The notes beneath the pieces were generated by a model. It was not told the origin of the DNA and did not search any database. It saw nothing but the letters and a program-made list of their open reading frames with translations. Both the position numbers and the translations under genes were made by a program. From Zancudomyces culisetae HAW-14-8 (lineage: Eukaryota > Fungi > Kickxellomycota), in contig JBNJNM010000006.1 of NCBI GenBank assembly GCA_052426225.1, forward strand, positions 1,674,001 through 1,738,000: 64,000 nt of DNA, given 5' to 3'. Numbering within the stretch: the stretch's first letter is position 1; every line of letters begins with the position of its first letter. Shown one piece after another: positions 27,700 through 40,814 of this stretch.

Positions 27700-29443
27700 G
27701 CTTAACATTACTCGCAGTTTTTTTTTTTTTTAGCCTTAGGTCTTTTGTTTATTTTTATTTTTTTTGTACTGTTTTACTTTTTTTATAGCGTAAATTTTTA
27801 AGTAAAAAACATAAAAACAAAAATAAACCACCTTGGTAATGATATGAGGCAAAATTGTATTATAACAGGATCGATAGCCAAAAGACTATATAATATAATA
27901 TCCATGGAAATTCTATATTTTAAACCAAACACTATAATTAAAGTATAAGATGCCATAAACAGAGTCGAAGTAAAAATAAATGATATGGTTGTGAATTAAC
28001 TGTATCTATAAATACCGAGAAACGAATGTAGATACATGTACCTATAAACACGGAACATACAGAGAAAAAAGCCGTCTTCGTTATTAAAACAACCAAGGTA
28101 TGATTAATGTATAGAGATTTTACTCAGGGGGCGGGGGGCGGGGACAGTTGATGGTTTATATAAATCATAAGTACAAGCCAACAAAAAATACTAGTTATGG
28201 ATGCACTAATTCCATCTTCTATCGATGTTTCAGTTCATTTACTTTTTAAGACTTACCATCATCTATGGCAAATTATAATTAAAGAAACCAATGCAATCTA
28301 ATGGAATAAGTTTAATCTAGTTGAACCTTTAGATTTAATTTTAATATTTAAAAAAAATTGAAATTGAGCTAGAAAGGCACTCACTGTTTTAATTAATCAA
28401 TTATTGTGTATTATAATAAGTTTATTGATTATACATTTTAAACGAATATTTTAGGATACACAAATTCAGTAGGACATATTTGACTAAAGTTCAAAGCGTA
28501 GATTAACATGAATAAATAAAATTATATATTTTGATATAAAAAAAAGAAATAACTATAGATTTCGAGTTGAATCTTTATGTTGATATACTTTAGTAGATTT
28601 ATTAGCCATAAACTTTATTTCATTACATAGTATAATAAACTTTTTAAAGTTACGAACTATAACCTTTTCTAGTAAAGAATCAAGATTTAATCACACAATT
28701 AACAATACATATTTTCCCTATACAACATAATATTCGTACCTGCAATGAAAAAAATAAGTTTCCCTATTATAGCTATTAAATTTTTTATTAGAAATCAACT
28801 GTATTATAAAATTTAAAGCAACTCAAGTGAGTAAAATTCGTGTAAAGTAGTTTACTTGTTGGTATATATATACAATGCTACATTTATGTGGTTTTAATTA
28901 AACAAAGTTAACTATTAAAATAAATAATAAAATGATATTGTATAAAACTCGATAACAGTTCCATAATATTTGTAAATAAACTAGTTAGAACAAATTAAGA
29001 TTGACCTTTCAAACTAAAATAAATTAAAGTTAGAAGTAAAGTATTATTTAATAATTGTAGGTGTACACCCAACCTGATATATTTGACTCTTTAATAATAA
29101 AACAAGATAGATATAGAAATAATTATTATGTACTACTCCAAGTAAAGAATCAAATATTTATAATTTTAGCATTTTATAATTTTATAATTTATTTTATTAA
29201 ATAAGTTTAGGCGTTCATAAAAAAATTAATTTTATAGCAAATCAAATAAATAATTGTAAATATATCATTGAATCTGACTACCAAAAAACAGTAACTTCAA
29301 TAATTCACTGTCAACTCAATAATAATGCAAAAGTCAAATTAAAAAAAACAACAAGTATAGGCATCAATTATTGAAATACACTATAATCTTATCAAAAACT
29401 ATATTTTAAAAGTGATTTGTAATAACAATTAGAAATATCAAAA

Positions 29444-29517
29444 TGCTCTGTACAGGGATCGAACCTGTGACCTTGGCGTTATTAGCACCACGCTCTAACC
29501 AGCTGAGCTAACAGAGC
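29444..29517 (-). tRNA. tRNA-Ile(AAT)
   Basis: Reverse complement GCTCTGTTAGCTCAGCTGGTTAGAGCGTGGTGCT-AAT-AACGCCAAGGTCACAGGTTCGATCCCTGTACAGAGCA forms a full cloverleaf. Confidence 0.95.
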
Positions 29518-29525
29518 TGTTGTTG

Positions 29526-29790
29526 TGTTAGATTCAATTAATTATCAATTCTAACTGGTTCTACTAGAGGGGTGGTATCACTAGACTGGGTTTAACCCTT
29601 TTAACTAGTTACCACTTTCTAGTCATACATATAAATGGAACCGGAACATTTATATGGGTCAAAATTTGACAATTTATTTAAGATTCAAAATAATAACTTC
29701 TTAAATACTAAATTTTACTAGAAAAACTAATAAAATTACTAACTATAAAATTAACCAATAGTATGCAAACATTCTATTTTGCATACAACA
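29526..29790. mobile_element. Solo LTR A (265 bp), 8 bp upstream of tRNA-Ile
   Basis: TGTTA...CAACA termini; a closely similar copy lies at 40547-40811; partial similarity to the element-1 LTR (GGTTC.CTAG..GGGTGGT, TTTTGCATACAACA). Confidence 0.8.
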
Positions 29791-29793
29791 TCT

Positions 29794-30179
29794 TGTCGTA
29801 TGTTTTTAAAACTTTTATTATAATTTATATACTACAGTACGACGAGGCTGAGTATATATTAATTTTGGCTCGGTACTCTTTTATAGTCTTTTAGTATAAA
29901 TTGTTTTATTTAATAATATATAAACGCTATGATTTTGAGTGAATTTCGAACAAGATTCCTTAGAATCTTGTTTCGTCGTATTTAAAGGTTTTTTCCTAAA
30001 ATAGTTTATACTATTATGAAAGTATTAATATATAAACATAGTAATAAAATATAAAATATAGACAACGTTGAACCACTAATTGTAGCAAAAACCACAATGG
30101 TGAAAAGGCCACTTTAGGACAATGGTTCAACGTTGGTCCTTTCTTAGCGTGTGTGTAAGTATTATAAACACACACGACA
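29794..30179. mobile_element. Solo LTR B (386 bp)
   Basis: TGTCGT...ACGACA termini; flanks ATCT/GTCT (near-TSD). Confidence 0.7.
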
Positions 30180-30811
30180 GTCTGTTGTTGAATTCGTTTT
30201 CATTTTTTAGTACTAGTCCAATAGGATTTTCCCAAAAAAACTTCCACTAATATCAATCATGGTTCCCTAGAAGGGTGGTTATTACTGACACAGGATTTAC
30301 CATTTCTAGCCAGTTAACCACTATCTATAAAACCCCCTCGGAAAGAACACAACTGGACAATTTCCACAATTTTTGGTAAAAATAATTTTATTTAAAAGAA
30401 TTCCTCCCAAAACCTGGAAAATATAGCCAAAATGGCCCTTTCCTTACACTAAAAAAATAGTATTACGCCTCTCTATATATGTTTATTTTTACTTTTAGTG
30501 TGGTTTTGGTCGGATTTACAAATTTTTCAATTTATACTAATAATTTACTAATAAAATTGATTAAAAATAAATCCACTAATATAGTATAAAATCGATTCGA
30601 CTAAAAAATAAATCGATTTGTACTATTAAATTGGCTGTAAAATTGACAAAAATTTATGACATGGTCATAATTTTTGTACTCTAAATTGAGTTGCGCAGGA
30701 AACAATTTTTTCAAAATTGATTTCTCTGCTATTTTGCTGCAATGAAAGCGGTAAATTTAAGTTGATGCTTTTGCATACAACAATGTCCCCCCTCCAGCTT
30801 TCGCTCCGTGA

Positions 30812-33800
30812 TTAATTCCTGTATCTTCTGATCTTAGTTCTTAAAGAACTTGGAACTACTTCGGGGACCATTCTTTCTGAATACTTGTAGGCCTTTAATC
30901 TATCGCCGTTCACTGTATCCATGTTTCCGTCTGGGTCTTTGATCAAATACACGCCTTTTGTGTAACACTTGATGATTTCGTAAGGACCTTCCCAGATTGG
31001 GTCAAACTTGCCTTCAGGTCCACTTATTCTTTTTAATACTAGGTCTCCTTCTTTGAACTGATAACGCTTTACCACTTTGTCGTATCTCTGCTTCATTACT
31101 GACTTTGACTTTGCGTTATTTTCCATAGCTTTTTCTCTCATCTTTGGAATACTGATTTGCACGACTCTCATTCTCTGCAATATCTCTTCCTCTAAGTTAT
31201 CAATCTCAGCCGGCGGCATCCAAGTTGATGGTGTTTGCATTTTTACACCATATAACATCTCTGATGGACTGAACCCAGTAGATCTGTTTTTCATTGATCT
31301 AACAACCAGTAGGGCTTTCCAAATATAACTATCCCAGTTGTCTCTGTCCATTACGCATATTTTTGCTAAGACATTCTTAAATGTTCTATGAAATCTCTCG
31401 ACTTGTCCGTTAGTCTGAGGCCTGAAAGCAGTGGTTGGTGTGTGTTTTATTCCCAACTGCTTGTATAACTCCGTAGTTATTTCTGATACAAATGAACTGC
31501 CTCTGTCTGAAATTAACTGAGTTGGTACTCCAAACTCCTGTACTACCTTACTTAACAGAAATTCTACAATGGTTTCTGACTGGAAATTTGTTACTGGTAC
31601 CGCAATGGGCCACCTAGTAAAATAGTCTATCGCTGTGATGATAAATCTATTCCCAGATTTTGATATAGGGTTAATGGGTCCTACTACATCTATACCCATG
31701 ATTTGGAATGGTGCAGGCGCAATTATCGGATGCATTTCCGTTCTTCTAAATTCGCCTTCTTCATATTTTTGGCACCGTTCGCATTCTTGTACCACTTCTT
31801 CTACAATTTTACGCAAGCCTCTTCCTACATATTTATTTTTCACTCTATTGAGAGTGTTTAGAATCCCTTCGTGTCCTTCTTCATGAATTTCTCTTATCAT
31901 TAACTTAGCATTGTCGCTGTGTAACACTTCTCGGATTCCTGATTCCCTAGAGTACTTGCATACTTTACCGTTTACTAGTTTATACGGCTTTGCTCTTTTT
32001 CTTAGCTTGGCTCTGAACTCCTCATCAGCTCGTAGCGGGTAGCTGAAATCTCTGAGGTAGTTCTCAATGGCTTTATGATGTAAGACATCGATTACCATTA
32101 GTTCCTCATACTTTGTTATCTTGTTTTCCTTTTCTCCGGTCTCTACGTTCCTGGATAAGTAATCAGTAGGATTATTTGGACCGCGGCAATGCTCCAATTC
32201 AAAGTCGTACTCTCTTAGGAACATGGCCCATCTAGCGACTCTTCCATTTAACTCTTGAGAATCAAAAACTTTTAACAATGCCATATGGTCGGTTCGAATC
32301 TTGAACCTCTTTCCCCACAGGTAGTGCTTAAACTTTTTGACTCCCCAAACTACTGCCAATCCTTCCAAGTGTGTGATTGAGTAGTTCTGTTCATGCCTGT
32401 TGTTTGTTCTACTGGCATATGCTATGGGTCTTTCTTCCCCATTTTGTACTTGGGATAGAATTGCCCCCAATCCAATTCCAGATGCATCCGTTGTGAGTAT
32501 AAATGCCTGTTCCCAATTTGGGTGTGCCAGAGTCGGTGCTTCTGTTAGTTTTTTTAATTAGTGTTTTAACCGACTCTTCACAACTTGCGCTCCAAGTCCA
32601 GGGTACGTCCTTCTTTAATAGCTCTGTAAGCGGCTTTACTATCAATGCGTATCCCTCTATAAATTTTCTGTAGTAACCTGTGAGCCCCAAGAACGATTGA
32701 ATCTCTTTGACGTTCCTTGGTGCGGTTACTTTTTCCATGGCCTCTATTTTATCCTTGTTGGTAGAAATGCCATGTTTAGAGACCGTATATCCCAGATACT
32801 TGATTTCGGTCTTTGCAAACTCACATTTTTCTTTGTGGAGCTGCACCTTGTGTTGCTTCAATAACTCAAACACTTCTCTAAGGTGTTGAGTGTGGTCTTC
32901 TGTGTTCTTTGAATAGATGATTATGTCATCTACAAACACAATAGCAAACTTCCAGAGTACTTTTGCCAGTACTCGTTCCATCATCTTTTGGAATGTTGCC
33001 GGACTATTGCATAATCCAAACGGCATTACATTATAGCAATACATACCATCACCTGGTAATGCAAACGCGGTCTTGTGTTTATCCGCGCTGTTCATACGTA
33101 CCTGCCAGAATCCACTCATGGCATCGACTACACTGAATACTCCTGCTTCTCCGAATGCTGCCAGTATGTCGTCAATTATGGGTAGAGGATAAAGATCTTT
33201 TCTGGTAATCATGTTGAGTTTGCGGTAGTCAGAACAGATCCGAAGTTTTCCATTTTTCTTTTTGACTACAACTACCGGTGCACACCAGTCTGATTGACAT
33301 GGCTCTATGATCCCTCTTTGTTCCATAATTTTTAGTTCTTCCCTCACCTGTTCCCTTAGGTGGTGAGCTATTCTGTATGGTCGCACTCTTACTGGGTTTG
33401 AATCTCCAGTATCAATACTGTGTTCCAACACATTTGTTTGCTGGAGTTCTAGCAAGTCATCCACGAATATCTCTGCATACTCTTTGAGCACTTCTGCAAT
33501 ATTTTCTGGTAGTTCTTCTTTCTGTTCGCGGTTATCGACTTCCTTGATCATCGAGTAGTATTCATACTCGTTTGTCTGTTTTGGACCATCTGTTTCAGTT
33601 ATCATCAGTGAAACTACAACGTCCCCTTCTACCGTTGGTAAGAGCAGCTCCATGTTGCTCAAATCGATGTTGGCCTGGTGTTTCAGTAACCAATCTGCTC
33701 CCAACACCATCCTGTTTAATCCTCCTTCCATAACTACTAAATCTCCTGGGAAGATGAACCCTGCTATAACAAATGGAACATCTCTGATTATTCCCAGTGT

Positions 33801-35254
33801 CTCATGCTTTGTGCCATCAGCGGTTATGAGCATTGAGTGATCTTTTTGCTCAATCTTTAAACCTAACATTCTACAAATTGCTCTGAGATTACTGAACATG
33901 CTGCACCTGTATCAATAACTGTGAGCTGGTGCTTTCCAAATACTTCAATGTAAGCTTTGCAGTTTGTGGTGGTTGTCCTATCTTCTACAATGGTGTTCAG
34001 CTCCTTGGCTTCTATCTTCTTAAAGAGATCGACCAACTCTTTCCTGATTTCGGGTGAAGACTGTAACAGTTGACCAAGTGAAATATCTGGTTTTAATTTA
34101 TCCAACTCTGAACCTATCGAAAACTTTTGAATGTTCTCCGATAGTCTAATATCCATTTTCTTCCTAACTCTTAGGGTAGCTGGTTTGATTACTGGCCCCG
34201 TCTTGTTAGGTTCTTTTTGTGCCACACGGATTTTTGCATGAGCTGGCTGAAAATCCATGCCATTGTTTTCGTCTCTCTTCCGTTTGTCCACTGCATAGAG
34301 TTCCGTATCTTTGTTTCCATCTGTTTTTCTTTCTATCTCTATGCAGTTAATTTCTTGTTTTTGGTCCTTCTGCCTCTTGTAGCACGCTGCGGCCTCATGC
34401 CCTGGCCTTTTGCAGTATGTACATTCCACTTTCTTGAACGGTCTTCTTGGTTGTGGAGCAGACTTTTCAGAGTAATTTGGTCTCTTTTCTAATCTAGCTA
34501 GATGATTAAGTGAAAGCTCGTCAAACTTCTTAATCAACGCCTCGTACATATCTGGACCCTCATTAGATTTATGTACCTTCATCACCTTCCTACTAGTGCT
34601 TTTTGGTTTTTCTGATGTTTCCCTGACAGTAGGTAATATTTTCTCGACATCCTCTTCTGCCTGGATTATTGCTATGGCAGATTTGACATCCTTAACTTTG
34701 GCTTTTAAAATTTGCCTTTGATACTTGGGGTTAAGAGCGTCTACAAAAAACTTAAGTCTGATCCGTTCGTCTTTAATATCGACTGTTGAGACCAGTTTGC
34801 TGAACTCCGTCTCAAAATCTTCAAAGTCGAGGTAGTCACTTTGTTTAAGGCTTTGCAGTTGATTCCACGCTCGTGCCTCTCTGTCTTTACCTTCAAACTT
34901 TTCCAGGAATTCCTCACGAACCTTTTTCCATTTTTCTAGTTTAGACTTATTGATCTTGTACCATCGAAGGTCTTTCCCCGTTAAAAACAATTCTAAGAAA
35001 TCAATCTTGTCTTTTTCCATCCAGCTGTTGATCCTAGCCATTAGCTCATACCTATCGAGCCATTCTTCCACGTTTGTAGTAGTGTTGCTATCGAACATTG
35101 CTACATCTGGAATTCCTCTGTTGAACGTAAAGTTCATATTTAGAGGTATTCGGTCAGTTGTTGGTTCAGGAGCGCTCGTCTCCTGTACTTCGACCTCCTC
35201 TGATTCATCATCAGTAGTATCCTCTCTCAACTTTTCTGCTCTTTTACTAAACAT
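30812..35254 (-). pseudogene. Element-1 gag-pol with two 1-nt frameshifts (~33868 and ~32550)
   Basis: CCHC knuckle CTYCKRPGHEAAAC, protease DTGA, RT FVDD, RNase H TDAS, integrase HHCC/DDE and WEGPY. The frames rejoin collinearly with the single ORF of element 2. Confidence 0.88.
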
Positions 35255-35397
35255 TTTGATTTTGTTGTTAAACTTTAAATAATTAATAACTTTTTTTTTT
35301 GTTATTTTGTAATTTTATAATTTTTATATTTTTATATTTTTATATTTTTATGTTTAATTTATTAACAATATTTTTATTATATATTATTTTATTATAA

Positions 35398-35453
<56 letters not shown>

Positions 35454-38166
35454 GTATTATTTATTGTTGTAGTTTAGTATTGTTTAGAAAGCTTGTTAAA
35501 CCGTTGAAAGTTGAATAATCTTTTAGATATAATGAATTAAATTTCGATTTTATTTGATTTGGAGTCAGATTTGTTTTTTAGTATTTCGACTCAATTAAAT
35601 TTTAAATTTTAATTTCTTTGCTGGTTTTGATTAGTTTTACTTTGTTTTAATTTGGACTGTGTCCCTGCTTTTTATCTGCTATGTTATTCTGACTTGTATT
35701 CATAAATTTAATTCCCAATTTAAGTTACCAAAAGTTCAGTCAGTTTTGAAGTGATGAACAGTTTGGGTTTGATGTTTTACCCAACTCCCGAACGGTTTGG
35801 AAGGGAGGACCTCCCCGCCCAAAAGATTGGACATCGGATTTGTTTTACCCCCATTTCATATTTCCACACTAGATCTTTCGAACGTTGGAGGGATTTAATC
35901 TAGTGTAATAAAAGATTATTGAATTTAATCTTTTCAGTATGTTTCGGTTCCGAATAATATTAACTAGAAAGTAGAAACTAGTTAAATGATAATTACCGTT
36001 CTGAAGACGCGCCGCTCTAACAGAACTCATAAGACGACAATATTGTGCATCTTACCTTGGTACCACTAATGGGTTTGGTTGAAATAAATTTTAAATTCTA
36101 CCTCACCCTAGCTCCTTGGGAATGTTGAACTTACATCACCCAATTGACTGTAGAATACCTAGGAATTGACCTCCATGGTATCCTTTACTCTTGGAGTGCT
36201 TTGGCTACTCCGTAATTGGTTATACTAAGACCCCCATCTAACTTATCTATCCTTATTTTGGTAGAATGGTTAGGCCGGACAAAGAGAGTAAACCAGTTCT
36301 GCTCCTGTCCCATTAATGACGTAGGTTGATTCCTGCAGGGTTATCACCTCGTAAATATTTATCTCACCTTGTTAGCTACTTAAGGTGTAGAAAGGTCCCC
36401 AGAACTGAAAGTACTCTTACCACGTAGGTTGGAGGGTTTGGAATACTTCCGTTTGTTCTACCGAACCCAAGGTGTCCCTTTTTTGGGTACTACCATTTAC
36501 TGACTTACTGGGTAAACTTTTTAGTTTCCCGATAATATTAGGCTGATCTTGTTTAAATATTACTACCAAACCTAATACCAATTTAGTTCCATATTTTACG
36601 GAACTTTACCACAAAATTCCTCCACCTGTTTCATTCACTCGGTTTTGGAATCGAGTATTTTATTACTCGTATAGTTTCTGGGTTAACTGGTAGGGTAGAA
36701 ATTATTTCCCCAGTTATTTCCTTACTTAAAACCAATTAAAGAAAAAATTATTCCTTTAAAACCACCCAAGAAGTCTGATTCAGTTTCCCTAAATCTTGAA
36801 AAAGGATTTGGATAACTAACTTCAACTTCTCAAAACTTGGGAGTGTATCTGGAGATAGATACAGGATCTCCCTATTTAAAGTGTGAAGTTTATTTCTACC
36901 TTTAAACTTCTTACACTTTTACTACTGGAGTTCAACTCCAGGTAGTTTCCCAGCAAAACTGTGGCCTAGAATAAGCTTGCATATAGCTCGCTTAAACTTA
37001 CCAAGTGACTTTAGTAGGTTGGTTAACTCTTACCTTCCCACTGTCACTGGTAGCTTTTCCCCACTTTAAGGATGTTATTCTTAAAGTTAGCTACAAAGTT
37101 GCCGGTCTAGTAACCTATGGTCGGGATCCTAGACTCGGTGTAGTAAGAAAAAATTAGGATTTTTACATCCCATTATCCTCATTACTACTAGTGGCTTCTA
37201 CTAAGACTAAATGGCATTGCATTTAGTCCCTAGACGCCGGTGATATGGTGTAAAACCCGCCGCAGAAATCCCCAGTACTTCTCAAAGAAGTCCGTCTCAT
37301 TCCTGTTTTGAGCCCACCTTTGGTGACTTGTGTACATGTATTTTTAGGTTACTTACACATAATTTTGCTTTTCAGCAGTAAACCCCCAGTATCCATCTTT
37401 CTTCTCCCAAGTATTGGAAGGTCTCCGTACAGCTAGCATTAACGAAAATTAACTTTCTTTAGCTATCACCGTATCTAGGAGATTTCAATATTTGGGGAAT
37501 CCAGACGAACCCGTCTCGTTTCCGCTTCCAACCAAAAATATGTTTATCGGCCTAAAAACTCATAAACATTTACCACCAACACCTGGGAAGTATCCAAAAG
37601 TATGCGACATAGCGCACATTTTGCTTCAACTCCCGCAGGTAACACAGCATTTTAAGCAGTTCTGGGAAAAGTTCCCAAAGACTTTTGTTGAATTTTACTG
37701 TTTGGAAATGTTCTATTAAACTTAATTAATATCCCAAGTCCCAATTTGTTAAATTCCCCAAAAGCCTAAAAAGAAAAGGTCGGGTAATGTGGGAAATTCA
37801 ATTACATTTAGGCTAAAATGTAAATGAAACCCGAAAAAGTATTGAGAAAAATCTTAAAGGGAAAAATGTATTTAAAGCCAATGTTCCTAGCCCCACTGAA
37901 AGTGTTTCGCATTTACCAGCGCGAGTCCCTAAAAGGGCTTTCGTGGTTACCTTACCTGGTCCGGTGGTTCAGAGAATTTATTCCTTATTTAAAAGGAACA
38001 AACCTCCTACTAGCCCACATTGGCCCCAGATGGTGTAAGGTCCAACTCGTCTCGTAAATGGCTTCTAGGCGACATAGCCGAAGCTTTTACGGCAAATTTT
38101 TGGTCATTAGAAAGAAAATCTTTCTGACCAAAAATTTAACTTTTCTCCCAAATTTTCCTCATACCG

Positions 38167-38184
38167 TTCCCGGCAGAGCCCCCA
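38167..38184 (-). promoter_or_regulatory. Primer-binding site, tRNA-Pro-like (TGGGGGCTCTGCCGGGAA)
   Basis: Lies 2 nt inside the 5' LTR boundary, begins with TGG, and is identical to the element-2 PBS. Confidence 0.85.
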
Positions 38185-38784
38185 TTTGATGAATTCGTTT
38201 TCATTTTTTAGTACTAGTCCAATAGGATTTTCCCAAAAAAACTTCCACTAATATCAATCATGGTTCCCTAGAAGGGTGGTTATTACTGACACAGGATTTA
38301 CCATTTCTAGCCAGTTAACCACTATCTATAAAACCCCCTCGGAAAGAACACAACTGGACAATTTCCACAATTTTTGGTAAAAATAATTTTATTTAAAAGA
38401 ATTCCTCCCAAAACCTGGAAAATATAGCCAAAATGGCCCTTTCCTTACACTAAAAAAATAGTATTACGCCTCTCTATATATGTTTATTTTTACTTTTAGT
38501 GTGGTTTTGGTCGGATTTACAAATTTTTCAATTTATACTAATAATTTACTAATAAAATTGATTAAAAATAAATCCACTAATAAAGTATAAAATCGATTCG
38601 ACTAAAAAATAAATCGATTTGTACTATTAAATTGGCTGTAAAATTGACAAAAATTTATGACATGGTCATAATTTTTGTACTCTAAATTGAGTTGCGCAGG
38701 AAACAATTTTTTCAAAATTGATTTCTCTGCTATTTTGCTGCAATGAAAGCGGTAAATTTAAGTTGATGCTTTTGCATACAACAC

Positions 38785-39244
38785 TGTCGTATTAGTTTTT
38801 ATAGTATATGTATGAGCACTTTTTCCCACTGGGTTTTTCCCCATACATTTGTTTAATTATTAGTATTAATATCATTTAATTTTATTAACGCATTTATATG
38901 TTTCAAAATAAATCAGTGTAATTTATCATGCGGATAAATTACACCAAACCACGTGTGTTAACACGGGGTAACGATGCTGTTTTGAGTGAACTGTTAACAT
39001 GATAAGAAATGTAGGGATAGAAAAGATAAACAACGCATCAATTAATAAAACATGTTTGAACAACAGAAGAACATGTTAGTGATTTCAAAACAATGTTGAC
39101 ATACAGAAAAACTATATAAACCCCAACTTTTCTTCACTTTTTGAAAGAAGGAATGGAACTATTATTTAAATATCTTATTACTTATAATATAATAAAACTT
39201 AATTAATAAATATTCACTAGTATACAAATAATAAAACTACTACA
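38785..39244. mobile_element. Solo LTR C1 (460 bp)
   Basis: TGTCGTA...TACTACA termini, TATATAAA at 39113, shared TTTTTCCC..GGTTTTT motif. Confidence 0.6.
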
Positions 39245-39598
39245 TGTCGCAGATTGGGATTTTTCGGTAATCCCACTCGCGCTCTCACCACGTGCCAAGC
39301 TTGGGGAAGCTTGTTCTGTGGCCTCGGTTACACTCCTCTTGTGTAACTGAATGTTCATTAGGATGTTCTCGGATGAGACACTATCCCTATATCCCGTCGG
39401 AGATGGTGTATCTACCGACATGCTTTCCGTGCTTCTACGGATCTGGATCTGTCGGACGCTTTCCGTCAGTTCCCCAAGGGTTCGAGGACTGAGTGTCCCG
39501 ATATCCTGGTCCATGCTACTGCCCCTAGTACTGTTGGAGGTGGTTGACGAATCTCTCCTAGACTCTCTCACACCTGTGTTAAACAAATAGTTAATCAT
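39203..39598 (-). CDS. LTR-encoded S/T/R-rich ORF (118 codons inside the LTR; probable Gag N-terminus)
   Basis: Paralogous to 42671-43072 with many synonymous differences. Confidence 0.65.
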   Translation of the reverse strand: MINYLFNTGVRESRRDSSTTSNSTRGSSMDQDIGTLSPRTLGELTESVRQIQIRRSTESMSVDTPSPTGYRDSVSSENILMNIQLHKRSVTEATEQASPSLARGESASGITEKSQSATCSSFIICILVNIY

Positions 39599-40082
39599 TA
39601 TGATTATTTTACTTTAAGTTGATTTGAATTATCTTTATTTAAACTGAGTTTATTAATTAATCCGTATAGTAGGACATGGATAAGTTTTCTACTAAACTAC
39701 TATATCACATATATATATGATTAAAAACTTAAATGCTAACCTAGTTTTCTAATAAAATAAAATAACTATACACTATTAATATTCTGTAAAGTAAACTAAT
39801 TGTTTTGTTTCATAATTGCAGCATACGTGCAATAAAGATTTGTGTGGGAACAGATAATCATTAAAATTAATTGATGTTCAGTATGAAAACATATTTCGTA
39901 CTAGAATCATCATTATTGAATGGACTCAGCATGTAGAATTTATTTCATGCTGAGTCGCAATTAATTTAAACAAAAATTTAAACGACAATAAAAATTATAA
40001 AAATTGGCATTCCGCGATTAGTGTACAGCGAAATTTCTCGTACACTATTCGAATTTACATTGAAATTCGGCTTATTGCGACA
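39245..40082 (-). mobile_element. Solo LTR C2 (838 bp) containing an ORF
   Basis: Perfect 7-bp inverted termini TGTCGCA...TGCGACA; homologous blocks with 41976-43025. Confidence 0.75.
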
Positions 40083-40091
40083 GCTGTGGCT

Positions 40092-40543
40092 TGTTAGCGA
40101 GTTGGTTCTTTATTCTCGCTTAATTAAAAACTTTTATTTATATTATAACTAAATATGTATTTAACTATATTTATTCAAGTTTAAAATATAAATATGTTAT
40201 AGACTTCTGGTAAATAGATCTAAAATGAATGTATTGATATCTTTCGACTTACTCAAAAACTTCAAGTATTTATAAATTTAAAACTAACTAATACTTAATA
40301 AACTACTATAAAACTATATAAAAATTAAAACCTATTTATTTTTTATTAATTCTAATCTAGAAAAAACCCGATGATCAAAAAAACTAAACTAGAACCTTGT
40401 AATGTTAAATAAACTAATTATAAACCTTAGCAGATCATATATTTTGACCTACAATATTAATATTAAAAATAATATAAATAAACAAACCTAATTGGAGTGC
40501 CGATTATATCGTGGTTAGAGGTGATCTACGCCACTATATAACA
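40092..40543. mobile_element. Solo LTR D (452 bp)
   Basis: TGTTA...TAACA termini with perfect 4-bp TSD GGCT. Confidence 0.75.
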
Positions 40544-40546
40544 GGC

Positions 40547-40811
40547 TGTTAAATTCAATTTATTATGAATTGAAACTGGTTCTACTAGAGGGGTGGTATC
40601 ACTAGACTGGGTTTAACCCTTTTAACTAGTTACCACTTTCTAGTCATACATATGTATGGAACCGGAACATTTATAACGATCAAAATTTGATCATTTATTT
40701 AAGATTCAAAAAAATAAATTCTTAAATACTAAATTTTACTAGAAAAACTAATAAAATTACTAACTATTATATTAACCAATAGTATGCAAACATTCTATTT
40801 TGCATACATCA
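40547..40811. mobile_element. Solo LTR A' (second copy of A)
   Basis: Direct repeat of 29526-29790. Confidence 0.8.
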
Positions 40812-40814
40812 CTT

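Larger units (their letters stand above)
30186..38783 (-). mobile_element. Full-length Ty3/Gypsy LTR retrotransposon, element 1
   Basis: 597-bp LTRs at 30186-30782 and 38187-38783 with 2 differences seen; 4-bp TSD CTGT; PBS 38167-38184; PPT ~30786-30796; gag-PR-RT-RH-IN order. Confidence 0.96.

Noticed and set aside
33860-33900. Programmed gag-pol frameshift in element 1
   Set aside because: The shift lies inside the protease, there is no slippery heptamer, and the related element 2 is a single ORF.
37492-38057. Small + strand ORFs in the element-1 leader as env-like or antisense genes
   Set aside because: They are short, have no motifs or TM pattern, and are consistent with chance.
35700-38166. 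Hammerhead ribozyme or group I/II intron in the leader
   Set aside because: No catalytic core motifs were recognised by eye; an Infernal search would be needed.
38785-40082. A single 1.3-kb LTR with a self-contained ORF (likewise 41976-43402)
   Set aside because: Internal CA|TGTCG junctions at 39244/39245 and 43025/43032, the latter with a TSD, show two adjacent units in each case.
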